Source: Alphaproteobacteria bacterium (GTDB lineage: Bacteria; Pseudomonadota; Alphaproteobacteria; UBA2966). Taken from it: DNA of 64,000 nucleotides. Position 1 is the stretch's first letter. Every line of letters begins with the position of its first letter. The stretch lies in assembly GCA_018654745.1 (NCBI GenBank), contig JABILA010000094.1, positions 19,237 through 83,236 of the forward strand, in the 5' to 3' direction. A model generated the notes under the pieces. It made no database searches. It was given only the letters and a program-made list of their open reading frames with translations, and had not been told where the DNA came from. Of this stretch, positions 8,940 to 18,868 are shown piece by piece. A program made the translations under genes and the position numbers.

Positions 8940-11355
8940 TCAAGACTTTGACGAACTGGTGGGCCAGGTAGAACTGGCTTTGCAAAATGGCGACATTCCG
9001 TCAGCCCAAAATTTTCTTGAAATCGCTGCTGCTCAAGCCCCGGACACAACGCTGGCTCACTTTCAATTGGGCAGCCTGAAGTTCAATCTGGGGGATTTCA
9101 AAGGGGCAATTCACCACTTCAAACAAGCTACTATCCTGGATCTGGAACTTCCTGAACCATGGCAGAACATGGGTTTGGCGCTGGAAGCAATGCTCCAATT
9201 TGAGGAAGCCATCCCTGCTTTCAGTCGCGCAACTGAATTAGCGCCTGATTGGCTCGATCCGTGGAAATCTTTGGGCTGTACCCTTGCCCGCCTGGACCGC
9301 TCTGCCGAAGCGATTAAGCCATTGGAAACAGCGAATAAACTTGCGCCAAATGATAGTCAGATCACATTTTTTCTCGGTAATTCGTATCTTGCCGCTGGCG
9401 ATTCCAATAATGCTGTCAGCACCCTGGGAATAGCCGCTGTTTTGTCGCCCGATGACGCAGATGTCTTGAATAACCTCGGCCAGGCTTTCGAGCTATCCGG
9501 TGATCTTGATAGTGCTGCAAATGCCTATGGCAATGCCAGAAAATCGTCGCCAGATCATCTTCGTGCAAACAGGGGATATGCCCGGACATTATTGCAATTA
9601 AAGAGGGGCGCAGAAGCGGAAGTCGCCTTGCGACAAATTATTTCCCTGAAACCGGAAGAACCTGAGGCCTATGTGGAGCTGGGTAGTTATCTGCAAAACA
9701 ACCAGCGCAATCGCGAAGCAGCAGACATCATGCTCAAGGCCGTCAATTTTGCCGGTGATGATCCGATTCTGGTCAATAATCTTGCCGTATCTCTCGCCAG
9801 CATAGGTGAATATTCCAAAGCCAAAAAATGGTACGACAAACTGATACAGCTGGTTCCAGACCGCGCGGGTCCGCTTGTTAATTATGCGACAATGCTGGAA
9901 ATGCTGGAGCGGTCGGACGAAGCTCTTGTCATGCTGCAGCACGCCGTCAGGATAGATCCATCCTACGCTCCTACATACTCACTTCTTGTCCACGGCAAGT
10001 TGAGACAATGCCAATGGGACAATCTTGAGGCGCTTGTGACCCGGATCATTGACGATTCAAAACAAGAGATTTCGGAAGGAAAACGCCTTTCCGCATTACC
10101 TTTTGTCCTTCTGGCCTTACCTGTACCGCTGGATATCAGACTGGAAGCTTCACGCCAACTGGCAACAACTGCCCGGTCGAGCGTACTGGCACCAACGCAA
10201 GAGACCCCATTCCACCACAATCCACAAAGTACATCTCGCAAAATCCGGGTCGGATATATTTCTCCCGATTTTCGAATGCACAGTGTAGGTATGTGTTTCC
10301 GGTCCATCGTGACTAATCACGACCGCCAGAAGTTTGAAGTTTTTGGCTATCACATGGCTACAAAGCCAGACGATGATACGACAACATTTTTCAAAGAGTC
10401 GTTTGATACGTTCCGCGATATTCGCGAACTTTCCACTGCTGATGCCGCCCGACTCATTCATGAAGATGGTATTGATATTCTGGTTGATCTGGCAGGGCAC
10501 ACACGGGGTTCCCGGATCGAAATACTTGCGCTGAAGCCGGCTCCCGTTCAAGTGCACTATCTGGGATATGGTGCCACAACAGGTGCTGATTTTATCGATT
10601 ACCTGATTACAGATGACACGGTGATGAACGAAGAAGCCTCTCGTTGGTGCAGTGAAGCATTGGCCTTTCTTCCACAAACCTTTATGCCGCCACTTGGCCT
10701 CCCTTGCCCAGCAAATACGCTGGATCGCCGGGAAGAAGGATTGCCGGAAAATGGTTTTGTTTTCTCAAATTTCAGCGCGCATTACAAAATCGACCCTGAA
10801 ATATTTTCAATCTGGATGAGAATACTGAAACGCACACCAGGAAGCGTATTGTGGTTGATTTCCGGATCCGAAAAGAGTGTCGAAAACCTGCGCAAAGAAG
10901 CAAAAGCCCGCGGTGTCGACCCGGAAAGATTGATCATGGCCCAACGTTGTGATCACGAAACTCATCTCGCCCGGCATCATCTGGCGGATTTATGTCTGGA
11001 CAATTATTTCCACGCTGGTGGCGCAACCACACTTGAGGCCCTTTCATGTGGACTTCCAGTCCTGACCCATCAGGGCCCTTACCCCAACTCCCGTACAGGC
11101 GCTGGTATGTTGAAAGCAGCAGGTCTTTCGGAATTGGTTGCCAGGGATTTGACTGAATATGGGAAAATTGCACTTGAACTCGCACAGTCTCCCGATCGCA
11201 TGTCTGCTCTGAGAAATCACCTGTCCGGAGACAAACAGGCACTCCCCTTGTTTAACAACATTCTTTTTGTATCCCGTCTTGAGCAACTTCTATTCGGAAT
11301 GTGGGAAAAATATCAGACGGGTGAACCAGCAGACACAATACGGCTTGATGATTAG
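8932..11355 (+). CDS. TPR + GT41 (OGT/SPINDLY-like) protein O-glycosyltransferase, paralogue 3
   Basis: TPRs plus IRVGYISPDFRMHS, DILVDLAGHT and FSAHYKIDP; start set at ATG 8932 (MADQDF), overlapping the upstream stop. Confidence 0.88.
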   Translation: MADQDFDELVGQVELALQNGDIPSAQNFLEIAAAQAPDTTLAHFQLGSLKFNLGDFKGAIHHFKQATILDLELPEPWQNMGLALEAMLQFEEAIPAFSRATELAPDWLDPWKSLGCTLARLDRSAEAIKPLETANKLAPNDSQITFFLGNSYLAAGDSNNAVSTLGIAAVLSPDDADVLNNLGQAFELSGDLDSAANAYGNARKSSPDHLRANRGYARTLLQLKRGAEAEVALRQIISLKPEEPEAYVELGSYLQNNQRNREAADIMLKAVNFAGDDPILVNNLAVSLASIGEYSKAKKWYDKLIQLVPDRAGPLVNYATMLEMLERSDEALVMLQHAVRIDPSYAPTYSLLVHGKLRQCQWDNLEALVTRIIDDSKQEISEGKRLSALPFVLLALPVPLDIRLEASRQLATTARSSVLAPTQETPFHHNPQSTSRKIRVGYISPDFRMHSVGMCFRSIVTNHDRQKFEVFGYHMATKPDDDTTTFFKESFDTFRDIRELSTADAARLIHEDGIDILVDLAGHTRGSRIEILALKPAPVQVHYLGYGATTGADFIDYLITDDTVMNEEASRWCSEALAFLPQTFMPPLGLPCPANTLDRREEGLPENGFVFSNFSAHYKIDPEIFSIWMRILKRTPGSVLWLISGSEKSVENLRKEAKARGVDPERLIMAQRCDHETHLARHHLADLCLDNYFHAGGATTLEALSCGLPVLTHQGPYPNSRTGAGMLKAAGLSELVARDLTEYGKIALELAQSPDRMSALRNHLSGDKQALPLFNNILFVSRLEQLLFGMWEKYQTGEPADTIRLDD

Positions 11356-11366
11356 ATTGGCACAAT

Positions 11367-11400
11367 AAAAAGGGCCGGGGTATCAACCCCGGCCTTTTTT
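11367..11400. terminator. Bidirectional Rho-independent terminator between the convergent GT41 and flagellin genes
   Basis: AAAAAG-GGCCGGGG-TATCAA-CCCCGGCC-TTTTTT: 8-bp GC stem with an A tract on one side and a T tract on the other. Confidence 0.9.
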
Positions 11401-11452
11401 ATTCTCGAAATATTCCACCCCGGCAAGCCAGGAAACTGTGAAAATTCCGCTA

Positions 11453-12274
11453 TCAATTACCCTGGAACAAATTCAGAATGTGCTGTGGGCCCGAGTTTGC
11501 AATGGAAAGAGATTGAACTCCAAGTTTTTGTTTAACTTGTTGGGCCTGCAAATTGGCACTTTCTGCTCCAAGATCCGCGTCGATCAGATTGCCGACACCT
11601 TCTTTGAGGATATCTTGCAACTGAGTCGTAAACTTAGCCTGATTGTCGATTTGATTTGCAGAAGATCCAAGCGACGCCTGCTGGGCGGACGCGGTACTAA
11701 TTGCAGAATCAATCGCAGTTAAGGCGGTTTGAGAATTGGCAACGCTATCCAGACTAAGGGTATCAATTCCCAGTCCACCGGCGCTGAAATCCTGCGCGAC
11801 AACAGTCATCCGATTACCGTTGTCATCTTTCAGAACATCAAGATTGCCTGAACCCGCCTTGATCAGATTAGTTCCATTAAAGCTGGCTGATTCCACAATA
11901 GAACCGGCTTGATCACGCAGAGAATTGAATTCAGCATTCAGGGCTTCTCGCGATGTCGCGTCAAGACCTTCCTGGTTTGCCTGAACGGCAACTGACTTCA
12001 TCTCAATGAGCAAATCAGATACAGCCTGAGCGCCTACTTCGGCGACACCAACGGAGCTTTGGGCGAAGTTCAGACCACTTTTTACAGCGCCTGCACCGCC
12101 AATATCACCAAGCAATCTTTGTGCTATGGCCAAAGTGGCTGCGTCGTCTTTCGGACTGTTTATTTTAAGACCAGTAGAAATACGGTTGTTCGTATTTCCA
12201 ACAGACTTTGTTGTCTGATTCAGCTTTTGCAGCGCATTAAATGCGCCGGAATTTGTATTTATGGATTGCACCAT
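11453..12274 (-). CDS. fliC: Flagellin, divergent (minor) paralogue
   Basis: SINTNSGA...RISTGLKINSPKDDAA N-terminus; ASFNGTNL; NLIDADLGAESANLQAQQVKQKLGVQSLSIAN C-terminus. Confidence 0.93.
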   Translation of the reverse strand: MVQSINTNSGAFNALQKLNQTTKSVGNTNNRISTGLKINSPKDDAATLAIAQRLLGDIGGAGAVKSGLNFAQSSVGVAEVGAQAVSDLLIEMKSVAVQANQEGLDATSREALNAEFNSLRDQAGSIVESASFNGTNLIKAGSGNLDVLKDDNGNRMTVVAQDFSAGGLGIDTLSLDSVANSQTALTAIDSAISTASAQQASLGSSANQIDNQAKFTTQLQDILKEGVGNLIDADLGAESANLQAQQVKQKLGVQSLSIANSGPQHILNLFQGN

Positions 12275-12557
12275 AACTAAACCCTTTTTCTATTTCCGGC
12301 TGAGGCTTCTCCCCCTCCGGCGGGCCAATGCGTGTGCTTCTGCGACGCTTGTTTTCAATTGGCGGACAATTGAATACTTCACCCAATCATCCCCGGTATT
12401 CAAGGTGGATTTATCACCACCCATTACCACGGACACACGTCCAACCAATTTAATCTTTGTAAACTTTACCCTTTATTAACCAACGAAGCAAGGTTTAAAA
12501 CCATGACATCGCGAGCATCAAAAACACTCGCTTTGCCAATATCAAAATCGGGATCTG

Positions 12558-12604
12558 AAAGGAAGTTCCGGCTCCACCGACGATGCCAGTGGAACCGGAA
12601 TTTC
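12558..12604 (-). terminator. Stem-loop terminating flagellin operon A
   Basis: Minus strand GAAATTCCGGTTCCAC-N11-GTGGAGCCGGAACTTC-CTTTC directly after the stop at 12611. Confidence 0.65.
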
Positions 12605-12610
12605 TTACAC

Positions 12611-13426
12611 CTAACCGAACAGGGCCAGAATGCTTTGTGGGCCTGAATTTGCAATCGACAAAGCCTGCACACCAAGCTGTTGCTTGATTTGCAAGGACTG
12701 CAAGGCAGCACTTTCTTCAGCCAGGTCAGCGTCGACAAGGTTGCCTACACCTTCCTTCAGAATGTCGACCAACTGAATAGTAAATTCAGCCTGGACGTCA
12801 ATTCGTTTGGATGAAGAACCCAATGATGCCAAAGAGGAAGTCACCGAGTTGATAGCTGCATCGATTTTGGTTAATGCAGTTACAGCACCCGCAGACAGAT
12901 CCAATGAAGCGCTCTGAATGCCAAGGGTTGTGGCGTCCATGCTTTGTGCAGAAACCGAGATGGTACTGCCATCCACTGTCGAAAGAACCGTCAAGGCACT
13001 TGCAGCAGATGTGATCAGGTTCTTGCCGTTGAATTCAGCCGTTTTCACGATTGTTTCCAACTGATCACGAAGGCTGGTGAAGTCGTTATTCAAAGCAGTT
13101 CTGGAAGCAGTATCCAGTCCAGCCTGATTGGCCTGAACAACTTTGGCCTTCATTTCAGTCAACATGTCGGCCACAGCCTTACCAGCTGTAATCGCCACGT
13201 TAACTGTAGCCTCACCATTTGAAAGTGCTGTTTTAACAGCACCCATGCCGGCGATATCACCACGCATACGCTGTGCAATAGCGTAGGTAGCAGCATCATC
13301 TTTCGGGCCGTTCACTTTAAGGCCGGTCGTGATGTGCAGCTGGGTTGTCTCCAACATTTTGTTGGATTTGTTCAGGTTCTGCAAAGCCAGCATTGCGCCG
13401 ACGTTTGTATTTACTGACATTCCCAT
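12611..13426 (-). CDS. fliC: Flagellin (operon A, central type X)
   Basis: 271-aa short Caulobacter-type flagellin; TGLKVNGPKDDAA and NLVDADLAEESAALQSLQIKQQLGVQALSIAN; GGAG RBS. Confidence 0.97.
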   Translation of the reverse strand: MGMSVNTNVGAMLALQNLNKSNKMLETTQLHITTGLKVNGPKDDAATYAIAQRMRGDIAGMGAVKTALSNGEATVNVAITAGKAVADMLTEMKAKVVQANQAGLDTASRTALNNDFTSLRDQLETIVKTAEFNGKNLITSAASALTVLSTVDGSTISVSAQSMDATTLGIQSASLDLSAGAVTALTKIDAAINSVTSSLASLGSSSKRIDVQAEFTIQLVDILKEGVGNLVDADLAEESAALQSLQIKQQLGVQALSIANSGPQSILALFG

Positions 13427-13498
13427 TGTAGATGTCTCCTATTCTGAGAGCATTTAAACGACGTCTTCTGACGTCTCTTACGCTTGGTTTCGCTTTCC

Positions 13499-14308
13499 TT
13501 AGCCGAACAGGGCCAGAATGCTTTGTGGGCCAGAATTTGCGATAGACAGAGCCTGCACACCAAGCTGTTGCTTGATTTGTAAGGACTGCAAAGCAGCACT
13601 TTCTTCAGCCAGATCAGCGTCAACAAGGTTGCCAACACCTTCCTTCAGAATGTCGACCAGCTGAACGGTAAATTCAGCCTGAACATCAATCCGTTTGGAA
13701 GAAGAACCCAACGATGCCAGTGAAGAAGTCACTGTGTTAATCGCAGCATCAATCGCAACCAGAGCAGCAGATGCACCACTCGAGATGTTGGATGCGTTAA
13801 TACCCAGTGTTGTGGTATCAAGCTTTTGTGCTGCAACCGAGATCGAACTGCCGTCAACGGTAGAAAGAACCGTCAAAGAAGTCGCAGCAGAAGTGATCAG
13901 GTTTTTGCCGTTGAATTCAGCCGTCTGCACGATCGTCGTCAACTGATCGCGAAGGGAGGTGAAATCATTCTGCAAGGCATCTTTGGAAGCTGTATCCAAA
14001 CCAGCCTGGTTGGCTTGAACGGTTTTGGCTTTCATTTCTGTCAGCATGTCAGCCACAGCTTTACCAGCTGTAATCGCCACGTTAACAGTTGCCTCACCGT
14101 TTGAAAGAGCTGTTTTAACAGCACCCATACCGGCAATATCACCACGCATCCGTTGTGCGATAGCGTATGTAGCAGCATCATCTTTCGGGCCGTTAACTTT
14201 CAGGCCTGTCGTGATGTGCAACTGGGTTGTCTCCAACATTTTGTTGGATTTGTTGAGGTTCTGCAGAGCCAGCATTGCGCCAACATTTGTATTTACGGAC
14301 ATTCCCAT
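13499..14308 (-). CDS. fliC: Flagellin (operon A, central type Y)
   Basis: 269 aa; same termini as its neighbours; central AQKLDTTTLGINASNISSGASAALVAID. Confidence 0.97.
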   Translation of the reverse strand: MGMSVNTNVGAMLALQNLNKSNKMLETTQLHITTGLKVNGPKDDAATYAIAQRMRGDIAGMGAVKTALSNGEATVNVAITAGKAVADMLTEMKAKTVQANQAGLDTASKDALQNDFTSLRDQLTTIVQTAEFNGKNLITSAATSLTVLSTVDGSSISVAAQKLDTTTLGINASNISSGASAALVAIDAAINTVTSSLASLGSSSKRIDVQAEFTVQLVDILKEGVGNLVDADLAEESAALQSLQIKQQLGVQALSIANSGPQSILALFG

Positions 14309-14377
14309 TTTAGTCGTCTCCTATTCTGAGAGTATTTATTCGACGTCTTCTGACGCCTCTTGGTTTTCGTCTTATCC

Positions 14378-15193
14378 TTAGCCGAACAGGGCAAGAATAC
14401 TTTGCGGACCGGAGTTCGCGATGGACAGAGCCTGCACGCCAAGCTGTTGCTTGATTTGCAATGACTGCAATGCAGCGCTTTCTTCGGCCAGATCGGCATC
14501 AACGAGGTTGCCAACACCTTCTTTCAGAATGTCGACCAGCTGAACGGTAAATTCAGACTGAACGTCAATCCGTTTGGATGATGAACCCAGTGATGCCAGT
14601 GATGCAGTAACCGAGTTGATCGCAGCGTCGATTGTAGTTAGTGCAGTTGCTGCACCCGAAGCACTGGTCAGGATGTCAGCTTCAATGCCAAGAGCGGTTG
14701 CATTCATGACCTGGGCTGATACAGAGATGGTGCTGCCATCTACTGTCGAAAGCACGGTCAAGGCACTTGCGCCGGTCGTAATCAGGTTTTTACCGTTGAA
14801 TTCAGCTGTCTGAACAATTGTCTCCAGCTGATCACGCAGAGATGTAAAGTCATTGTTCAAAGCAGTTCTGGATGCTGTATCCAGACCAGCCTGATTGGCC
14901 TGCACGACCTTGGCTTTCATTTCGGTCAACATGTCGGCCACAGCTTTACCAGCTGTAATAGCCACGTTCACAGTTGCCTCACCGTTTGAAAGCGCTGTTT
15001 TAACAGCACCCATACCGGCGATATCGCCACGCATCCGTTGCGCAATAGCGTATGTAGCAGCATCATCTTTCGGGCCATTCACTTTCAGGCCGGTCGTGAT
15101 GTGCAGCTGGGTTGTTTCCAACATTTTGTTGGATTTGTTCAAATTCTGCAGCGCCAACATGGCACCGACATTGGTATTTACGGACATTCCCAT
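14378..15193 (-). CDS. fliC: Flagellin (operon A, central type Z)
   Basis: 271 aa; central TTGASAL...AQVMNATALG...ASGAATALT; AAGGAG RBS. Confidence 0.97.
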   Translation of the reverse strand: MGMSVNTNVGAMLALQNLNKSNKMLETTQLHITTGLKVNGPKDDAATYAIAQRMRGDIAGMGAVKTALSNGEATVNVAITAGKAVADMLTEMKAKVVQANQAGLDTASRTALNNDFTSLRDQLETIVQTAEFNGKNLITTGASALTVLSTVDGSTISVSAQVMNATALGIEADILTSASGAATALTTIDAAINSVTASLASLGSSSKRIDVQSEFTVQLVDILKEGVGNLVDADLAEESAALQSLQIKQQLGVQALSIANSGPQSILALFG

Positions 15194-15268
15194 AATTGGT
15201 TAACTCCTTATTCTAAGTCATTGATGCCAGCATTTTGCTCGCAGGAAATTTCTTTCCGCGCAATAACT

Positions 15269-15284
15269 AGCAACGAACGTGCCA
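15269..15284 (-). promoter_or_regulatory. Sigma-54 (-24/-12) promoter of flagellin operon A
   Basis: Minus strand TGGCACGTTCGTTGCT matches TGGCAC-N5-TTGCW, ~75 bp upstream of the start codon. Confidence 0.9.
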
Positions 15285-15390
15285 TTTTTGCCGACAGGCA
15301 GGAATTTCTTGTTGTTTTTATATCCTATTGATATTAAACGATTTTATTCATGGTAAATGCATTGTTAATAAGCAAAGGTTGCCATATCAG

Positions 15391-15425
15391 CCCGGCATTT
15401 ATTACCGGGTCGGCAATATCTGCCG
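15391..15425. promoter_or_regulatory. Tandem ftr-like (FlbD-type enhancer) palindromes
   Basis: CCCGGCATTTATTACCGGG and CGGCAATATCTGCCG, ~110-140 bp upstream of the sigma-54 promoter and separated from it by an AT-rich (IHF-like) tract. Confidence 0.65.
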
Positions 15426-15666
15426 CATGACAAGAACTATTTGCCTGGCTGCACACAGAACACACTGCTGCATATACAGTTCGTGCAATTTTCATGAATA
15501 AAAGTTGACTGACGCCTATCGGTTAGCCGGCGAACACGATCAGTTCAGGTATGGAAGAAAGACTATTTATTGAGAGTTTTCCGGGTAGAATCCCTGGTGC
15601 AGCTGAGTACCTATCTTTGAAGGTCCAACGTCTCGCAAACCAGATAACTCGGATAATGGAGTATGT

Positions 15667-16038
15667 TCAGCTTTCGCTGTCCGGAACAGCTGCCTGGGCA
15701 TTTAGCCCTTCCATGATCGATCTGTTTACTGACACTAGTGGATCAAGATCGCCAATGCCCTTGAGGACGTCAACAGTATAGCGATCAACCCACATTGCCA
15801 GGGAGATCAACTGAGCCCTGAGATCTTCATCAAGGGCATTGTCTTCTGAGGAAAGATCCATTTGCAAAGCCAGCCAGAGGCGGCGATTTGCATCAATGGC
15901 TTCAAAGTAGTCAGACCCCATGCGACCGCTTTCGGAAACGGCCATCAAGTTTCGTGTTATTTCAGCAAACAGGCGATATTCTGCCTGGCGTGGTGCATCG
16001 AACTTGGATTGGGCTGATTTGTATTTGTCGTAAGACAT
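15667..16038 (-). CDS. flaF: FlaF-family flagellin regulator/chaperone (canonical type)
   Basis: PRQAEYRLFAEIT, AIDANRRLW, DNALDEDLRAQLISLAMWV and LVSVNRSIMEGL. Confidence 0.9.
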   Translation of the reverse strand: MSYDKYKSAQSKFDAPRQAEYRLFAEITRNLMAVSESGRMGSDYFEAIDANRRLWLALQMDLSSEDNALDEDLRAQLISLAMWVDRYTVDVLKGIGDLDPLVSVNRSIMEGLNAQAAVPDSES

Positions 16039-16116
16039 TCCAGGCGGTCCATCCAGGCATTCAACTGTCGCCGAAAATTGCGGGAAAGACGACTGTCATA
16101 GATGCTAGGACCACAA

Positions 16117-16133
16117 GGTTAGCGGAATGTTAA
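16117..16133 (-). promoter_or_regulatory. CtrA-type binding site upstream of flaF (16038)
   Basis: Minus strand TTAA-CATTCCG-CTAACC, one mismatch to TTAA-N7-TTAAC. Confidence 0.65.
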
Positions 16134-16248
16134 CGGAAGAGAAATTTCGTGGTCGCCGAAAGCCAGTGCCCGAGGCCCCTGCCAGTACCAATACAGTAAC
16201 GGCAGGGATATCTCAGCGGGCAATCGATATCAGAATATTACTGTTCTA

Positions 16249-16590
16249 TCAGGTTAAACCTTCCATGATAGAACGGTTAACTGAAATCAGCGGCGCAATC
16301 CGGGCTTTGCCCTTCATTGCTAGGCTGGAATGTTTGTCGACCCAGATAGCCAACGACAAGAGTTTGGCTTTCAATTCATCTGGCAACAAATTGTCTTCAG
16401 CGGCCAAGTCAAACTGCAGTGTCGACCAAAGACGACGATTCCAGTCCACAGCGCCGTAAAACTGTTTGTCACTGTGTTCCTTGTCTTCAGCGTCCATAAG
16501 AGAACGTGTGACAAGGGCAAACAGCCGGTATTCGGTCTGACGGGGGCCTTCCGTAATGGCCTGGGTTGCCTGATAAGATTGCGTGTACAT
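16249..16590 (-). CDS. flaF: FlaF-family flagellin regulator/chaperone (canonical type)
   Basis: YQATQ...PRQTEYRLFALVT, AVDWNRRLW, DNLLPDELKAKLLSLAIWV and PLISVNRSIMEGL. Confidence 0.92.
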   Translation of the reverse strand: MYTQSYQATQAITEGPRQTEYRLFALVTRSLMDAEDKEHSDKQFYGAVDWNRRLWSTLQFDLAAEDNLLPDELKAKLLSLAIWVDKHSSLAMKGKARIAPLISVNRSIMEGLT

Positions 16591-16662
16591 TTGCTGATAC
16601 CTTTCTTGATCTTCGTCTTGGAATATCTATTGATAACTTGATGAAGTAGAGGACTTTCTGGA

Positions 16663-17475
16663 TTAGCCACCAAACAGTGACAGGATGCTTTGTGGACCCG
16701 AGTTCGCAATCGACAAGGCCTGAACACCGAGTTGTTGTTTGATTTGCAAGGCCTGCAAGCTGGCGCTTTCTTCCGCAAGATCTGCATCAACAAGGTTGCC
16801 GACGCCTTCTTTCAGAATATCAACCAGTTGAGTTGTAAAGTCAGTTTGCACCTCAATACGTTTCGCAGCAGAACCCAACGAGGCAAGGCTTGAGGTCACC
16901 GTATTGATCGCCGCATCGATGGCAACCAGCGCTGCAGAAGCACCGCTGGAAATATTCGATGTGCTAATCCCCAGCGTAGCGGCGTCAAGTTTCTGGGCAC
17001 CTACCGAGATCACACTACCGTCGACTGTCGACAAGACTGTCAAAGATGTTGCGACTGATGAAATAAGGTTCTTGCCGTTGAATTCAGCGGTCTGAACAAT
17101 TGTCTGAAGTTGATCGCGCAGAGACGTAAAGTCATCATTCAAAGCTGTCTTGGAAGCCGTATCCAGTCCGGCTTGATTGGCTTGCACTGTCTTGGCTTTC
17201 ATTTCTGTCAACATGTCAGAAATCGCTTTACCGGCGGTAATCGCAACGTTGAGCGTCGACTCACCTGCCGCCAGAGCAGTTTTCACTGCCTGCATGCCAG
17301 CAATATCGCCACGCATACGCTGGGCAATGGCGTAAGTCGATGCATCATCCTTTGGTCCGTTGACCTTCAAACCAGTGGTGATATGCAACTGTGTTTTTTC
17401 CAACTGATCATTAGACCGGTTCAGATTCTGCAGCGCGATCATGGCACCGACGTTTGTATTAATTGACATACCCAT
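16663..17475 (-). CDS. fliC: Flagellin (operon B, central type Y)
   Basis: 270 aa; B-type N-terminus (NRSNDQLEKTQ); central AQKLDAATLGISTSNISSGASAALVAID; GAGGAG RBS. Confidence 0.97.
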   Translation of the reverse strand: MGMSINTNVGAMIALQNLNRSNDQLEKTQLHITTGLKVNGPKDDASTYAIAQRMRGDIAGMQAVKTALAAGESTLNVAITAGKAISDMLTEMKAKTVQANQAGLDTASKTALNDDFTSLRDQLQTIVQTAEFNGKNLISSVATSLTVLSTVDGSVISVGAQKLDAATLGISTSNISSGASAALVAIDAAINTVTSSLASLGSAAKRIEVQTDFTTQLVDILKEGVGNLVDADLAEESASLQALQIKQQLGVQALSIANSGPQSILSLFGG

Positions 17476-17547
17476 TGTTTTTCTCCTCGTAGAATTTCTA
17501 TTCTGATTGATTGATTGGTGTTTCGATATTCGCTGGCGACCCGATCG

Positions 17548-17883
17548 TCAGGTCAGCCCGTCGATAACATTCCGATTAACAACAATCAGTGGATTAATTC
17601 TGCCTTCACCACGAAGGACCCTCGCCGTTTGTTCTTCTACCCAGGCACCTAGCTGATCGATCTGATCGCGCAATTCCGCAGGCAAGCGGTTGGCGCGGGA
17701 CATAACATCGCGCCTCAAGGCACTCCACAAAGAACGGTTACGGTGAAGTGCAGCATAGTAATCAAAATCCGGTTTCTCAGAGTTGCCAGCTTCGATCAGC
17801 TCTTCCGTGATCATGCGCATGATTTTTTGTTCGTCTATGCGACGATCGATGTCTGCTTTCATGCTCTTTGTGGTATTTGTCAT
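17548..17883 (-). CDS. flaF: Divergent FlaF-like protein
   Basis: ALHRNRSLW, ANRLPAELRDQI..LGAWV and PLIVVNRNVIDGL align with the FlaF C-terminal pattern; the PRxxEYRLF motif is absent. Confidence 0.8.
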   Translation of the reverse strand: MTNTTKSMKADIDRRIDEQKIMRMITEELIEAGNSEKPDFDYYAALHRNRSLWSALRRDVMSRANRLPAELRDQIDQLGAWVEEQTARVLRGEGRINPLIVVNRNVIDGLT

Positions 17884-17940
17884 ATTGTTTCTCTTTGAGT
17901 TTCGTTTAGTTGATCGTTTTGATAGCTGGCGTCAGACTGC

Positions 17941-18759
17941 TTATCCACCGAACAGTGACAGGATGCTCTGAGGACCAGAGTTGGCAATTGACAGCGCTTG
18001 AACACCAAGCTGTTGTTTGATTTGAAGGGCCTGCAAGCTGGCGCTCTCTTCAGCAAGATCTGCATCTACCAGGTTTCCGACACCCTCTTTGAGAATATCA
18101 ACCAACTGCACAGTGAAATCTGTCTGAACTTCAATCCTCTTGGCAGAAGAACCGAGCGACGCCAGTGACGAAGTTACTGAGTTGATTGCAGCATCGATAC
18201 TTGTCAGCGCGGTTGCGGCACCTGATGCATCCGCCAGGGTACTCGTATCAAGCCCGAGGGCCGTTGCATTCATAACCTGTGGGGTAACAGAAATTGTGCT
18301 GCCATCAACAGTGGACAATACCGTCAAGGCACTGGCACCGGTGGTGATCAGGTTTTTGCCATTAAATTCGGCAGTTTGTACGATTGTCTCAAGCTGGTCG
18401 CGCAAGGAGGTGAAATCATCACTCAATGCGACCCTTGATGCGGTATCCAGTCCGGCCTGGTTGGCCTGAACGGCTTTCGCTTTCATTTCAGTCAGCATGT
18501 CCGAGATAGCTTTACCGGCAGTGATGGCCACATTCAGGGTCGACTCGCCTGCCGCTAGTGCCGTCTTAACGGCCTGCATGCCTGCAATATCACCGCGCAT
18601 ACGCTGGGCAATCGCATATGTTGACGCATCGTCCTTCGGGCCGTTCACCTTCAAGCCGGTTGTGATATGCAACTGTGTCTTTTCCAACTGGTCATTAGAC
18701 CGGTTCAGGTTCTGCAGTGCGATCATGGCGCCGACGTTGGTGTTAATGGACATACCCAT
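17941..18759 (-). CDS. fliC: Flagellin (operon B, central type Z)
   Basis: Start at ATG 18759 (MGMSINT) after AGGAG; central TTGASAL...QVMNATALG...ASGAATALT. Confidence 0.97.
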   Translation of the reverse strand: MGMSINTNVGAMIALQNLNRSNDQLEKTQLHITTGLKVNGPKDDASTYAIAQRMRGDIAGMQAVKTALAAGESTLNVAITAGKAISDMLTEMKAKAVQANQAGLDTASRVALSDDFTSLRDQLETIVQTAEFNGKNLITTGASALTVLSTVDGSTISVTPQVMNATALGLDTSTLADASGAATALTSIDAAINSVTSSLASLGSSAKRIEVQTDFTVQLVDILKEGVGNLVDADLAEESASLQALQIKQQLGVQALSIANSGPQSILSLFGG

Positions 18760-18868
18760 TGTATTTTCTCCTGCTTCAACAGCTTCAATGCTGTCGTTAG
18801 TTTCGTTCAATAACTTGAGATATTACGTATTGCTTGATGATGACTGTTTTCAGTGATGAACAGACTTG

